Positions 50,592-64,000 are shown, numbered from the stretch's first letter. The stretch is DNA of 64,000 bases from Macrostomum lignano (GCA_002269645.1 NIVC01000570.1:186001-250000), one strand, 5' to 3'. The notes: generated by a model not told the origin, from the letters alone. Program-made: numbers and translations.

Positions 50592-53382
50592 TGCCATACG
50601 CAATAAAAAGTTAGTCTTCAAGAGTTCGCTCCTCTCACTAAGGATTGCTTGCTCTTAGGCTCAGTTGGCTTGGAAAACCGCACAGCAAAAAGCACAGCAG
50701 ACGCTTCACACAAACGCTGACAGGGCGCTGCAGTAGCTGCCCTAATAGATTACATTCACAAGACACTCGAGGCCAAAGGCCAAAATCACGGGGCAAAAGA
50801 CGTGCGTGCCTAAAACCAGGCTGAGTAAACAGATAAGAGCCAAAGCTGATTTGTTGGTCCTAAGAGCCTCAACAAAGTAAAGCGTGACTGAGCAATTTAA
50901 ATACAATTTTAACGCTTGTCCTATTGACTAGGGTCAGTTTCCTCTAGGCTCAACGAAATGCTACACAGTGTAAGAATTAAAAGTACAAGTTAAGAATTAG
51001 GTACAATGATAAAGTTTTGGCTTAGCTGACTTTCATAAGTTACCTGTAATGAAAACTTAATAATGAATTTACATTTCGCAAATAAATCACTCTAGTTTCT
51101 TTATGAAACATTTTCAATACCAACATTGAGGGGTCTGTAGCATCAAGAATTTACTGTGTCAAAAAGTGAAACCCCTTATGAAGACAGTGTTAACCACCTT
51201 GGATACAAAGTCGAGTTGAAAAGGGAACTTGAGCCGATTTTGACACGACAATAAGATAGACAAAATTAGAGACAGAAATACAGTCAAGTCTTACAACTGA
51301 CATTTTAAGTTTGAAAATGACACAATTTTCATCATAAACAGACCAGAGAGCAGACTTGGATGCAGCTGCATCAATGGCAAACAGAGCTTTTAACTTGGCG
51401 ACATCCAGATTCAAGTTCCATGTCTCTGCGAAGAGAAAAAATCCATCTTGCTGTATGTGTAAGTCAAGAGGACTCTTCTTAAACAATGGTGACAATATTG
51501 CTAGCGCAAAGATCTCTCTACTCTTCAGTCTTCATTCACCCACTGGCCAGCTATGAAAATTAAGTGGCATTGCATTGATACTGCACAAGTGTTATTGTCA
51601 ATAAAAAGTCACGACAAAAGAAAGGCAGTAAATGTGCAATGCTGTCAACTGAGGATATTCTAGATACTGCCAGTAAAATCCCATCCACTGCCCAAAGGAA
51701 AGAACTAGGCCTATAGATGGGAAAAAATAATTTTTTTTTATTTTGGAGTCTATGTTTGGCTAAAGGTTTTTGGAAATATTACCTAAAAACCTAAATCACC
51801 TAAATTGAAATATTACCTAAATATTATTGTTAATGCTATTTTTGATAGTGAAATGTACATAGCTATATAGCTTTATATGAAATTCTTGCTTTTCAAAGCT
51901 GCCAAACCACAAGCTATGAGCTTATATTTTGATCAACTACTTTATAAAGACTATGAATCAATAGTTAAAATGACTGCAATTTTATTCATCTTTAATGCAA
52001 TGAAACATTGCATATAAGCATAACTTTATTATATACTTACAATTCCTATATAAAAATATAGGGTCAAACTTTGCATTATCTAAAAGATAACAAAATTTTA
52101 TACAACCTAACAAAAATTATCATTTTAAGTGCAACTAATTCAAAGTTATGCCTTCAAATAATTTTACAATATTTATGAGTGTTATATCCTGATATAATAT
52201 ATTCAGATACATCAGATACCTTATATAATATATAATATAATACTTTTAATGGTTTTTGGAAATAATATTATATAAAAGTTCTTTCTATCATTTTGATATA
52301 TTTTACAATTGATTCTTATATCTAAAGCTAAGTGAACCAACCAGCCAGGTTTAACATATATCTCTTACTGGATGGCTAGCAACTCAAATTTAAGACTTAT
52401 GCATTTTAATGCAGAACTTTTTTATGCAACAAATAGGCTATTTTTATATTAAAAATTTCCTAATTTACTTTGTAAAAAAGCAAATAATATATTTTTTAAG
52501 CTTCTTTGGCCACTCCACCTTTCTAGTAGAGATGTGGTGACATGTTTTTTTAAAGGATAGAAAATAGATGGCTATCAATTTTTAACTGCTACTATGTATT
52601 AGAGAAAGGTTGGTACATTCAATGCAAATAAAACCCCATATGTTGTAGATACCATTACATTTTACTTATTGTTTGTTAGAAAGAGGTTGAATGGCTATTT
52701 GAATATTTTAATTCAATTTTGTGCATTTGTTGGATAGTGGGCATATCAGCCATGTTGGTATCTTGGCAGTGGAAAAGCTAGCAAATTGTGTGACCATTTT
52801 TAAATATGTGCTACTGAATTAAGATTCATTTTGTTTTATTATCAATAGGTATATATATTAGCTAGGCATTGAAATTTAATGAATAAACTTATGTGCCTTA
52901 TTGTAGCAAGCAGTGAATATATACTTAATAGTCCAATGCTTTAAATCAAGAAATCAAATGCTATTTATCAAGTTTTTTACTTTGAGAAGAGGGACTTATA
53001 TTCAGTGTTGCTACAGGTTGCATTTTTAATGCAGCTGCGTTTTTTCTTTGAAAAATCTGCATTTGTGCGTTTTTTTCTGCGTTTTTACTTGCTAGCTGTT
53101 TTGTTGGTGACTTAAGTGGTCCTTTTGCTGTTGTATTATCTAAAATCCCACGTTTTATGTTTGTTGCATCAGCTTTGTTTATCTTAAAATCCATTGTTTG
53201 AAAAATACAAAGAAAACTACTTCTTGCATTTGGGGTCGCTTCACAAGCTCGAAATTTCACAACCTCGAAAAGCACATCCTTTCATAAATCCGAAACTTCA
53301 TAGACTCGAAAATTCACAACCTCGAAGACCATTTTAGCAGCCAACTTCATAAGCTCAATTAAATTAATTTGGTAACGCAACA

Positions 53383-55851
53383 ATGTCCATTTCAGCGAGC
53401 TTCAACTGCCCTTCATCATTCATGTCGCTATCGAAAGTTCGAGCCACAAAGTTTGTGGACTCCTGGTGCAACCGAACGGCCCATAACCAGCAGTGCAGCC
53501 TCTGGCTCCAGCCTGACCCAAAAGACGCTTGTCGGGCCTACTGCTCAATTTGTGCCAAAGATTTCCAAATCGGCTCAGCTGGCTTTGGAGCAGTAGAAAA
53601 TCATGCGAAGAGCAAGAAGCATTCTGATCGCTATATGCTCAAGCTCCAAAAGGAAAGCTCGGCGATGTCCATCAATTTTTATTTCAAGCCCCAGAGGTCG
53701 TCAACCTCCAATCCTAGTGCTGATGGCACAAATGGCGATACCACAACTGAAAAGCCAAGCACTTTAGATGCCAAAGTCATGAAGGCCAAGCTGAGGCACG
53801 CTCTGAATATTGTGGAGCACCATTGGTCATTCGCCTCTGCTGACCACGGAATATACAAAACCATGTTTCCGGACAGCCAAATTGCCCAAAAATTCAAATG
53901 CCAGCGGCAGAAGACCACCTACTTGGTAACAGAGGCAATTGCTCCAACCATTCGGAATGAAATTATACAAGACATTAACTCTGGAAGCGGCTATTTTAGC
54001 CTAGCCATAGACGAATCTAACCAGGTGATGGGCTCGCAGAAGTTTCTAAGTATTGTAGTGTCATTCATTTCCATCACGAAGAAGAAACTTCTCATACTGC
54101 CTCTCAAGACTGTGAGCATTCCTGATGGGCGAGCCGCAACTCTGGAAGCTGCCGTCGCGAACACCTGTAACGAATTAGGCCTTTGGTTCAAATCGTGCGC
54201 CTGTGTTATGTCTGATGGCCCATCAGTGATGACAGGGCGGCATGGTGGGTTCCACACCCTCATGGACAAACATGCACCCCATCTACTCAAAATGGCCACG
54301 TGCTCACTCCACCATGTTTCGAATGCCGCGCAGGCTGCATGTGACAAGCTCGGGAAAAAAGCCGAAAACCTGGCTGATCTTGTTCACTCGTACTTTCTGT
54401 ACACATCTCGCTGGACTAGGTATGAGCATGTGTAAGACATGCTTGAATTGCAGTCGCACAGGTTTTTGCGACGTGTTGAAACTAGGTGGATACAGCTTTT
54501 GCCGGTGGTTAACAGGCTTGTTGAGCAGTTGGAAGGACTCCGTGAGTTTTTTCTAAAGAGGCTGCGCCTGGAAAATCCTAATGATTTGAAAAAAGAATCG
54601 GTCCAGTCTATCCAGTCACTCCTAGCTGATGATGAAGTTGAATTCGATCTTCTTTTCCTCCAGGCTGTGCTGCCAATGTTGGACAAGTTTGAGAAAGCAT
54701 TCCAAGGTAACAACGTCAAGATCCATTTGATGTACATTGAGCTCCGTATGTTGTTCAAGGAACTACTGGCCTGCTTCTTAACAAAGGATCACGTGGCTTC
54801 TAATGCCAAGCATTTATCTAGAATGAAGTTCCCATTTGAAGCATGCTTACCAGACAATCAAGTCTTCATTGGCGAGAAGGCGCGCAACTTTCTTTCGACT
54901 TGTGAGAGTGCTGATGTCAAGAAGGTCTGTATCGTGCGCGCGAGACAGTTCTACAACGAGCTGACACAATACCTCCAATCCCATCTCCCACTGGCAGATG
55001 CTGCTTTGAGGTGCGCACAATTTCTTGACCCATCGAAGGTTTCGTTGGTTGACAGCTCGTACCCAGTTGGATTGGCTAAAGAAATGCATTTCTTGGAGCA
55101 AGACATTTTGACCATTGACACTGACTTTCGGCGACTTTCATTGGCACTGTGTTCGAAAGACTGTGATAAGCTGCAAGACGTTGAGGTACTTGATTTCTGG
55201 CTTCCAGTCGTAGACGTAAATGCTACACTGAGCGGTGTTGGTACTGCGGAGGAAGGTAGTGTATACGAATACCCTGCACTGCGCAAATTGGTGCTTGCCG
55301 CTCTTTCTATCCTGCATGGCAATGCGGCAGTGGAGCGTGTGTTTGCCGATCTTACAGACCTTTTTTCAAAGAAAAGAAGCAATCTGGACATCCGCACCAT
55401 AGATGGCTGTCTGCTTACCCGAGGTTTCCTGAAGTTGACCGGTTTGACTTGTGAAACATTTCACTTCAATGACGCGTACATCAACGCAGGCTTTCATACT
55501 CAGCACAGCTAGAAGCAGCACCTGGAGCGGCAGCGGGAGGAGAATGAGGAGAAGCAGAAGAAGTTGGCAAAGGAAAGAGAGTTGGCAGTAGAAATTGCAC
55601 AGGAAATTAAGAAGGCAACACACTCTGCACAGTTGCAGGCAAAGGAGGAGAGCATACGGAAGAGGAGACTGGAGGTAGATGCGCAAGCGGACAGAGCTGC
55701 CGCAATGCTTGACGAATATCAGCGACAGGTAGCTGCCCTAGCGATTGAGCGCAAGACACTGGAGAAGGAGACTGAGGGCCTCAAAGAGAAAAAGAGAAAG
55801 TTGGAGGAGAAGGCGACAAAGTCTACCATCGCCAGTTATTTCAAAAAGTGA
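53383..55851 (+). pseudogene. hAT transposase, one 823-codon frame interrupted by two in-frame stops (TAA 54433-54435, TAG 55510-55512)
   Basis: The three track ORFs share one frame. Motifs: N-terminal C-x2-C...H-x5-H zinc finger (CSIC...HAKSKKH), catalytic D in FSLAIDES and MSDGPS, CxxH (CSLH), ETRW, catalytic E in GNAAVERVF, and a charged coiled-coil-like tail. Confidence 0.9.
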
Positions 55852-55908
55852 CGCCTGTAACTTTTGGTAACAATGATTTTTGGGCTTACATAGACATAAA
55901 TAGATAGG

Positions 55909-56117
55909 CAGTGTTGGGCAAGTTCACGAAGAAGGAACTTTCGTACAACGAACTTTTGAACTTTATGCAAGGGCATTTCCTACTTGGTCAGTCATGCTCG
56001 AGTAACAACCATTTCTTTACCTCATTCTACTGCCAAACAGTTAAAATTCTGCTATTCTTTCAATATCATTTTAAAAATGAATTGAACTTTTTCAAAAATG
56101 AACTTTGCCAAACACTG
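55909..56117. mobile_element. ~209-bp MITE with CAGTGTT termini nested in the hAT 3' region
   Basis: CAGTGTTGGGCAAGTTCA / TGAACTTTGCCAAACACTG. The flanks TAGATAGG and CATATGGG match only 5/8, so the TSD is unconfirmed. Confidence 0.65.
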
Positions 56118-57384
56118 CATATGGGGATACAGGGTTTGCAACAAAGATGCATCCAGGTATGATCTAGGCATCAGTTTTATTTTACATGCATTTTATTACG
56201 AACAGCTATGCTCGCAATCTTGCTTTTTGAGTGATTGAGAGGGTAGGTAGAGACAGTGAGAACTGAAAGAGTTGCGTATCCTAGTTTGTCTGTTAGCCAA
56301 TATCCATTGGCCAATTTTTGTGCACTCGCTGGCCACTGCTGATTAAAGAGGAAATACATAAATTTTTGCATGTGACCATTTATGACATCTGCTGGTTGGC
56401 TGGTAGCCGTGTTGATTTTGGAATAAAATGTACTGATGTACTCTCAGCCTTTTTACTATCGTATTGCTCAGCATCGTCGTGATTTTCTATTATGCATTAG
56501 ATATAAGAACATGTTTCGTTGCTAATGTATCTTGTTGTTAATCATCCTAGGGCTGCTAGTCACTTGTGTGCATTTATACAGTATAGTTGTATGTCCAGGG
56601 CACAGTGCTAGGATGTTTCAGGGCCTAGATCATTTCTCTGTATTCTACTAATAGTGCAATGTAAATTTGTTCCTCGAACTCCTTGATGTCGTTTATCATT
56701 ATTTGCTCAACAGACAAGGGTACAGCCTGCAGTTGTGCAACTCGAGAACAGCTTCTTAATACTTGTATTAGCTACTGACTGGCATCTAACATGTAATGTA
56801 CTAGCAGTTCGCATCTAAAAATTAAGGACAGCAGGCTTCGGATTTGTTAAGAAAATTGTTGCTTTACACGGTGCCGTGTACATATGCAAAAACACAGAGC
56901 ACACCCACGTAGGCAGGGCAGAGGCATGAATGTACAATAGAGTAGTTCTGAGCTTCATTATAATTTTTAGTACTGCCTGCATTTTTTTTATTGGCTGCAT
57001 CTATTTTTTTTCAAATGCCTATAGCAACACTGCTTATATTGCTAAAAAGATCTTGCAATGCTAAGTTTAGGGATATAAGTTGTTCCCTTTTGGAAAATTA
57101 AATGCAAAGATTAGAGAAAATAAAAAAAGAGATAAGAGAAAAGACTGGGGAGTTGAGAAGAAAAAGGAAAGAGAAGAAGATAAAAGGAAAGGAAAGGAAA
57201 AATAAAAGAGGAGACAAGAGATGGTAAAGAGAAGATAGGAAAGATAAGAGATGATAAAGAAAAGAGTAAAAAATATAACAAATGAGATTAGAGAGAAGAG
57301 AAAAGAAAAGAGAGAAAGGACAAGGTAAAAAAGAGACATAGATAAGACCAAGAGAATATAGATGAGAGATGTGAGCATATGTTT

Positions 57385-57544
57385 GCAACCTTAGGAATCA
57401 CCCAGCCGTTTCTATTGGCAACACAGACATGTAAGTCGCTATTGGCTGAGAGAAGTCACGTGACTACTATTCCATCCAATAGCAACTTACATGTGTGTGT
57501 GTGTGTGTTGCCAATAGAAACGGCCAGGTGATTCCCAAGGTTGC
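57385..57544. mobile_element. 160-bp foldback (hairpin) element within purine-rich sequence
   Basis: GCAACCTTAGGAATCACCCAGCCGTTTCTATTGGCAACACAGACATGTAAGTCGCTATTGG is mirrored on the right arm, which has a small (GT)n expansion. Confidence 0.7.
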
Positions 57545-60500
57545 GCCCAAGCATGGATGTGAGAGATGAAAAGAGAAAAAAGAGAAGACAGTAGAGGGAG
57601 AGAAGCAAGAGGAAAAGGGAGAAAAGAGAGATAAGAGAGTAAAGAGGAGAAATTAGAAAGCAAAAAAGAAGAGTAGAGAGGAGAACATAGAGAAAAAAGA
57701 TGAAAGATAAGAGATAATAATAGTTAAGAAAGTAAATATAAGAAGAGATAAAAGTAGAAAGGAAAGCTTAGAGATAAAAAGAGCAAAGAAGAGATAAGAG
57801 ACAGGAGAAAGTCTTAGTCTGGAAGATAACAACCAATTTTTGCAAACAGGGAAAACCCCTATTGGATTAAATGTTGAAAACTCATAGATATACACTTTAG
57901 AATAAAGTCAAATTATTTTATTGCACTTTATTTCTACTATTATTTTTTAAATATATTTATCCTGATTGTACTTGTGTCTTTGGCCAGTCTATGCCTGCAT
58001 CTACTTAGCTACCCATGTATATGTATTTACTAGAAAATTAGCTAGTAGGAAAGGCAACATACATACTACATTTAAAAAAACAAAGTATACCAGATGCGAT
58101 CTACATTCTACAGTTTTATAACTTTTTCTTATAAGAGAGAAACAAGATATGATAGGGCCTATTTAAGAAGTTTATAGAGGATTTGGAAATTAAATAAGAT
58201 TTGGGTCATTGGATCATAGGCTCATTGTTATAAATATAACAAACCATCATTTTTAAAAATTCTTGCTATTTTTTCAATATTTGTTTAAGCCTTATAATTC
58301 TTAAAAACCATTACATGACCTTAAATAAAATAGAACCATTCTAGGCCTATCAAACTATTTATTTTATCTATACATAAAATAGTTCTATATCTATGAGCAC
58401 AGGCTTATAGTAGAATAAGATAAACCAGGGACCTGCCCTGGCTTACTGGCTATAGACACAAGTTCTTAGTTCTACTAGTCCAAATTGAAATATTTTTTGT
58501 AACTTTTTTATACTTCTAGCAGTCCTATTCTAGGTTTAGTTCAAAGTACTAGCTATAGTGATGTCGTTACTGCAATGCTGATTTACTGAAGTTTTGCCAG
58601 AAAAAAAATTAACACAAATGCTGTAAAGCAAAATACAATTGCCAAGAAAGAATAAGAAGTGAAAAAAACAGTGACTTGCTTTTGCTATAATATTTTGTGC
58701 GTGACTAGAGTCGAGAAAGAAAGCTAATAGCTTGCGGGAGCGGCTGAGACATCCAGGCCAAGCGCTCTATAGTCACAGGGCTCGTACCTCGTGGAGTCGT
58801 GATCAGCCTATAAAAATGATCTTATTTCTTATTATCGTTTATCGTCTCAAAGTTAAATTTACTCTCCATTTTACTCAATGTCTTGTACATAGATAAACAA
58901 ATAGGAAGGTAGATGAAACCATTTTTTTTCTCTATCCTTGGGCCTGTTGCGACAAAAGCTAACTGCTTCTATTATTTTTCATTCCCAAGTCGTCTGACTC
59001 GAACTGTTGCTACAAAAGCCGATCTGTCTTATTCAGCAACCGAGAATGTCAAATGTAATGTGAATTATGGGCGCAAATGGCCATCGGGTTAATCGCCTGA
59101 AAAATCAGCGCACTGCGACAGCTCGGGGTGACTTTCGATCCTTGACTTTAATCTCTAGGCCGCTTCTACATGTACCGATGATCAGATCGAGGGGTTTTGT
59201 ACATGTAGGCCTACGTACAGCGTCTTGACCAGGCCCGAAGAGCACCTCGCAGTCAATTAGATTGTGATCACACCTGATGCAGGCTACTCTTAGTAGCCTG
59301 AGCTTCCAGCTACTCAGACTCGCACCTCTGCGAGGCCTAAAAAATGCGACTCACTGGATAAAGAGCAACAAAGAGCGTAATAAGCTGCGAGCTGTCCAGG
59401 CCTACAGCTTTATTGAAAGTTAGAAAAGAAGGTAACAAAAGAGTAAGCTACGCCAAACCGCGCACTCACACGCACACTACTGCGCTAACTGCTACACCAC
59501 AGGATATACTGTGGCGCTACACTGTTTCGCACAGGCGCGCCTTTCCCGCTACTTTGCTAGCTCCGTCCTTGCGAGACCACCAGGCTCCTGAGTGACCAAC
59601 TGCAGCAACTTTGGAGAATTACATCTAAACGGCTTAGACAACTATAATTATGCCAATGTGGCAATGACAGAAAGGTGCAGGAAAAAACTAAGTACAAAAA
59701 GACCAAACTCGAAAGGGAAGGACAGAGAAAATGGGAGAAAAACTAAAAGAAAAAGATTGAATCCATAAATCTTGACATCGTATAGGACAAAGCCAAATTA
59801 ACCTTAAACGTTTGCTGAGGAGAGAAAAATTCACACGGCCGAGCGAGCCTGTTGAGCCCGGAGTACGCGCCAACTTGGACCAAAAATAGCTAAAAAGAGC
59901 AACAAAATTGAAATTTTGCAATTAAGGGATGGGGAACAGGCCGATGAGATTAAGCTGAGTTGGTTTAAGATTTGAAAGGACAAATTTCTGAAGCGCCGAA
60001 ATAAAAAAAAATCAAATTTTCAAAACTCCACACGTTCTACTGTACATCTTGTTGAATGGTTCAGCGTACCGATGATGTGCATATACGACTCTATAATAAC
60101 AAATTTGCGAATGTGCAGCGTGCGTATAGTAAATTCATTCTATATAGTTACGGTTACGGTGGTCAGGTGCTCATTTAAATCAGTTCTGATCAGTTTAATT
60201 CGATCGCAATCGAAAAGAGCTCTAAAATAGATAAATAAATGAGAGCCAAAATCAGCATTCGAAGGGTAAAATAAATATTTAAAACTTTTCTTCCGGTGCA
60301 TTTCTTCCAGTCTGGCAACTGTCTGAGGGCTTAATTTATAATGGGACAGATCAACTAGCTACTTACGGCTTGCACCCTCCACGGCCCCAATGCTGGGAAT
60401 AAATTTGTCCTCACACGGATGTTCAAGGCTGGAAAAACTAAATGAACCAGTAAATAAAATAGAAATTTTAACCTTCCGGGTGTTGATTTTGACATTTGAC

Positions 60501-60702
60501 ATTTATTTGACATTTCTATTTACTGCTATTCATCCAGCGAGCTGGATACGTACTTGAATTCTTTTTTGGTACAATAGTTCGATAAAATTGATAGGCTAAG
60601 ATAAAATCAAAGCTCAGAAAAAATATATAATATGGTGCATATTTAACGTGGCGAACGTATCCTATACGCCAACAACTAGTTTTTATCGATTGCAGAAAAC
60701 AT

Positions 60703-63700
60703 TCACCAGGCATTTCTGCCACCTCCAGGCTTCTTGGCGGTAGAGGTAGCCGCTGGTTTCGTCATTTTCATCTTCTTCTGCCACACTGAACCCACAGCGC
60801 CAGGCAAGGTGTTCGAGGATTCCGTGTCCGCGCTAATGCTGCTGCTCTCCACCGGACCCGAAGGCTGCTTCTGCTGCGACTCCGGCTGCTCCTTGCTCGC
60901 CGTTCCCGGGGCCAATTTGCTCACAACCGCCTTTAGTACAGTGTCTCGGCGTTTAATAAATCGCATCTTCCATTCCAGCCTCTCCACGTAGCCCTGTCGA
61001 GCCGAGCGAAGCTCCGAGAACAGGACGAATACGAGCTCGAACAGTTCGCAAACGGTGAGTAGTGACATTCCTAGGTAGAGGCCCAGAATGCCGCCAATGT
61101 CGGAGAACAGATCAAAGAAACGATAGGATTCGAACTCCTCAACAACAGTGCTGAAGGCCTTGTTAGCGCCAAGAGTTACTTGGGCGAAGTTGCTAGCAAA
61201 TTCGCGCTGCACTTTTTCTTCTGTAGTTAAATTGCGCAGGAAGTAGTAGAAGGTGTCTGGCACACTGAGATTTGCCTTCTCCAGCTGGCTGATATGGTAT
61301 CCAAGGATTGTGTCCTTACAGTACACAGCCAGGCTATTCAGTGGCCACGAAGCCATGGACACGATTGGTGTGTAGATTTGTTCGCGACAGTTAGGCAGGC
61401 ACTGCTGCATGCTGTTGAAAAGTGTACTCTCGCGCAGGATGAAATCGTGCTCGCACTGCGTCCTACGCAAAAACTCGGTGGCGTTGGTTGCCGGGGTGAT
61501 GTGGTGGCACCGTGTAGCGTTGATGGACTCCGTGATGTTGTTGTATGGGGGCACAATGCGGCTGCAGAGGCAACCGCAGTTCTTCAAGATGGTGTCCAGA
61601 AGAGCTCGATACTGGCAGTCCTCCTTGTTCTTGCTGAACGCGATGCGATTCTGATCGGCGTCCTCATAAAAAACAGATCGGTTCGCGGAAACGCACTGCT
61701 TCGCATTGCGGCTCACGTACCTGAAGTTGAGTAAAATGAGCGTTTTTCTTAGGCTAGTCAATTTACTCTCATGCAAGCTTCGGTCTGCTTTGAACCGGAT
61801 GGAGCCTATAGCTTCATCCTGCATCCTTCATTTTATCGTCAGAAGCTTCCGATCAATCAGTCTAAGTTGTCGAGTTCAATCGCAAGAAAAGCTTTTTATT
61901 ACTATTATAGTACTTTCAATAGTGATTGGAATATTCCTGGAGTCTTCTTGGCGCACTAGATTGAAGGCTAGATTAAGTTTAATGACATTTGCTGGTAAAA
62001 AAATTGTTAAATTGTGCACTATTTTAAGCAGGCCAATTGTCTCCACGCGACTTAAAAGTTCTTTTTGGACACACCCACCTTAGTCAGACAGCCAGTTGAC
62101 GCCGGGTTGAACTGGAGATGTGTCAGATTGTGTATCCAATAGCAACAGGATTTGTTAAACTAAGTCAAACAATGATTTTCGATAAGAAACCTGACCCAAA
62201 GTTTCTTCATTTTACTCCTTTGGTTGAGGCAAAGTGCAGCTGAATTGCATATGGACATATGACTTGATCGAAGCTAGTGACTTGCCAACTATATTGCTGA
62301 TTAATATTACTGGATACTCAATTATTTACAACAATGAAGCCAATTTGCATTCAAAAGTTAAGAGATGATGCACGAAAGCAGTCCATGCAGTCCCCATCGA
62401 TTTTCACTCTCGCCGCTTTCGTTCGGCTAATTCAGAAAATGCAATTAAAACTTTTTAGCGACTGTCATCTAACAATAGTTAGATGCTGCGGTAGAAAGCG
62501 TCTTGATGTGACTAATGGCAACCATCACTCCAAAGTTATAATTAAATGGCCACTGTAGGTGTCAGAGCGCCAATTTTTTATTGAGGGACGCCAAAACTGC
62601 GCCCGTGGCGCCAAAACGAGTGTTGAAAGCGCCAATTAAAAATTTCACCACCAATCGGCTGTTATACGTACCTTTGCGCTTTGAAGATCACCATATTGAG
62701 CCCTTATACCGAGCCCTCAGTATATAAAGTTAGTTTAGAATCAAGTCATGCATACATTTTTACTATCCTTGTTTCTATTGACTGAGATCAATAGCTTTGG
62801 TTTTATGTTCAACGCCAAGACTTGATTGATCGACGAATTAGCTGTCGTCTGGATCATTTTCATCCGAAATGCGTTATTTTGTTTTCGATTCTCAGAAAAG
62901 AAGGCTTTTTAGTAGCTTTTTCAATTAGCTACAGTTTGAAAATTCAAATTGCAGCTGATCGCTTACCTGTACTCCACCATTTCAAAATTAACGTAAGAAT
63001 GCACCCCCGGCGAGAGGTTGATGAAGTCCCTGGGGTAATGGTTCTTAGGGCCGTAGAATAGAATGGCGCCGCCAGATTTTGACACGTCATAGTCGCCCTC
63101 GTAGGTGATCCCGGCCGTCAGTCTTTCAAATATCACCATGCTTTTCGGGTTGGTCACTACTGGGTTGTTGTCCGTGAACAGTACCTGGCATGTGATATAA
63201 AATAAGGTTTGGATGCTGTTTTTAGAATCGTTTTTTACTTATAATTCTAAGCAAGTATACATGCGCGACGAACCAGTTCGAGCAGGAATTTCTCTATGAG
63301 CACAGTCTGCTGGAGAACACTGTCTCTAGGCATAAACCGGAAACAGTTGCCGTACTTGCTGTCCCAGTAGTTCTGAAAGTCCAGATAAGAGCAATTGAAC
63401 CCTTTGTACAGGCACCTGACTATGAAGACCTCGCGTCGCTGACCCAGATGCTGCAGCAGCATGGTGGGGCCGACCATGTCCTTGGCGATTTGCACAATCA
63501 GCTGATAGTCAGTGCCGAGACCTTTCAAGTAGGCCAGACCAGCCACAAATCGGGACTCCGTGTACAACTGGGTGTACAGGCTGGGATTCTTCGTGACCAT
63601 TTCGTAGTAGTTGGTTGAGGATATCGGGCTCACCGAGCACACCGTGATGTCAGGCGTCTCGAACTGGATCGCTCCCGGACTGATGCTTGTTGATATCGGG

Positions 63701-63879
63701 GTTGACAAGAAGTTGATGATTAGCTGCGCGATGTGATAGCTGAAGCCGGCCATGGCAGCCGCTAGGAACAGCATCCACAGCAGCTTCAGGGGCAGCGAGC
63801 GCCTGGCGTGGATTCGGCCGAATCCGTGAGCGGTGGTTGTTGAGATAAAGTCCGAAATGGTGGGCACGCTTAGCTCCAT
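60703..63879 (-). CDS. DEG/ENaC (amiloride-sensitive sodium channel family) subunit (613 aa)
   Basis: Exons 63879-63274, 63184-62967 and 61720-60703 with compatible phases (0, then 2). It has the N-terminal TTAHG gating motif, TM1 LWMLFLAAAM, PDITVC, YGNCFRF, a Cys-rich thumb (CLPNC) and TM2 FSDIGGILGLYLGMSLLTVCEL. Confidence 0.92.
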
Positions 63880-64000
63880 GCTGCACAATCTGACAATTCA
63901 CCCTTCAAGGATCAAACCTTATTAAGGATCAAAAGTTAACTTTTCTTGAAGATTCAGCCCTGCTATGGTTGCGTGGGTTTAATAAAAAATTAAGCCGATA

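Larger units (their letters stand above)
53003..57032 (+). mobile_element. Full-length hAT DNA transposon (4030 bp)
   Basis: TIRs CAGTGTTGCTACAGG (53003-53017) and CCTATAGCAACACTG (57018-57032), 14/15 match. Perfect 8-bp TSD CTTATATT at 52995-53002 and 57033-57040. It encloses a transposase reading frame. Confidence 0.95.

Noticed and set aside
51190-51556. Protein-like ORFs upstream of the hAT
   Set aside because: No ATG or splice support for the minus frame and no diagnostic motif; possibly a decayed transposon fragment.
54433-55512. Alternative genetic code or programmed read-through in the transposase
   Set aside because: Neighbouring genes terminate normally at TAG (PP4c), TAA (peptide gene) and TGA, and neither stop has a recognisable read-through context. 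Nonsense mutation or base error is simpler.
59281-59301. Helitron 3' hairpin (CAGGCTACT-CTT-AGTAGCCTG)
   Set aside because: No CTRR terminus at the expected distance and no matching 5' TC end was found.

Overview
Eukaryotic (animal) genomic DNA with spliceosomal GT-AG introns and one assembly gap (N at 24747-25578). The gene set and the density of minisatellites are consistent with a free-living flatworm such as Macrostomum, but the species is inferred, not shown. Most long ORFs in the supplied track are translations of tandem repeats; by my rough sum, repeats cover about two thirds of bases 1-24.7 kb. Genes reconstructed by hand: an NPY/NPF-family neuropeptide precursor (+, CDS 10598-14795, ends GKPRY-G-R); the 3' three exons of ASNSD1 (-, 17373-20876); an intronless 66-aa secreted precursor (+, 26623-26823); a partial unknown gene (-, 29465-31168); PP4 catalytic subunit (+, 42100-44944); GPAT3/4 (-, 46801-49195); and a DEG/ENaC channel (-, 60703-63879). 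There is also a complete hAT transposon (53003-57032, 15-bp TIRs, perfect 8-bp TSD) whose transposase has two in-frame stops, and several MITEs. Best leads: (1) the 66-aa precursor has signal peptide, acidic spacer and KK followed by WLRVRARVRI-G-stop, predicting an amidated Arg/Val-alternating peptide encoded by telomere-like (AGGGTT)n DNA; (2) two oppositely oriented copies of one MITE bracket the 315-nt in-frame exon 2 of PP4c, a layout that favours back-splicing or exon skipping.
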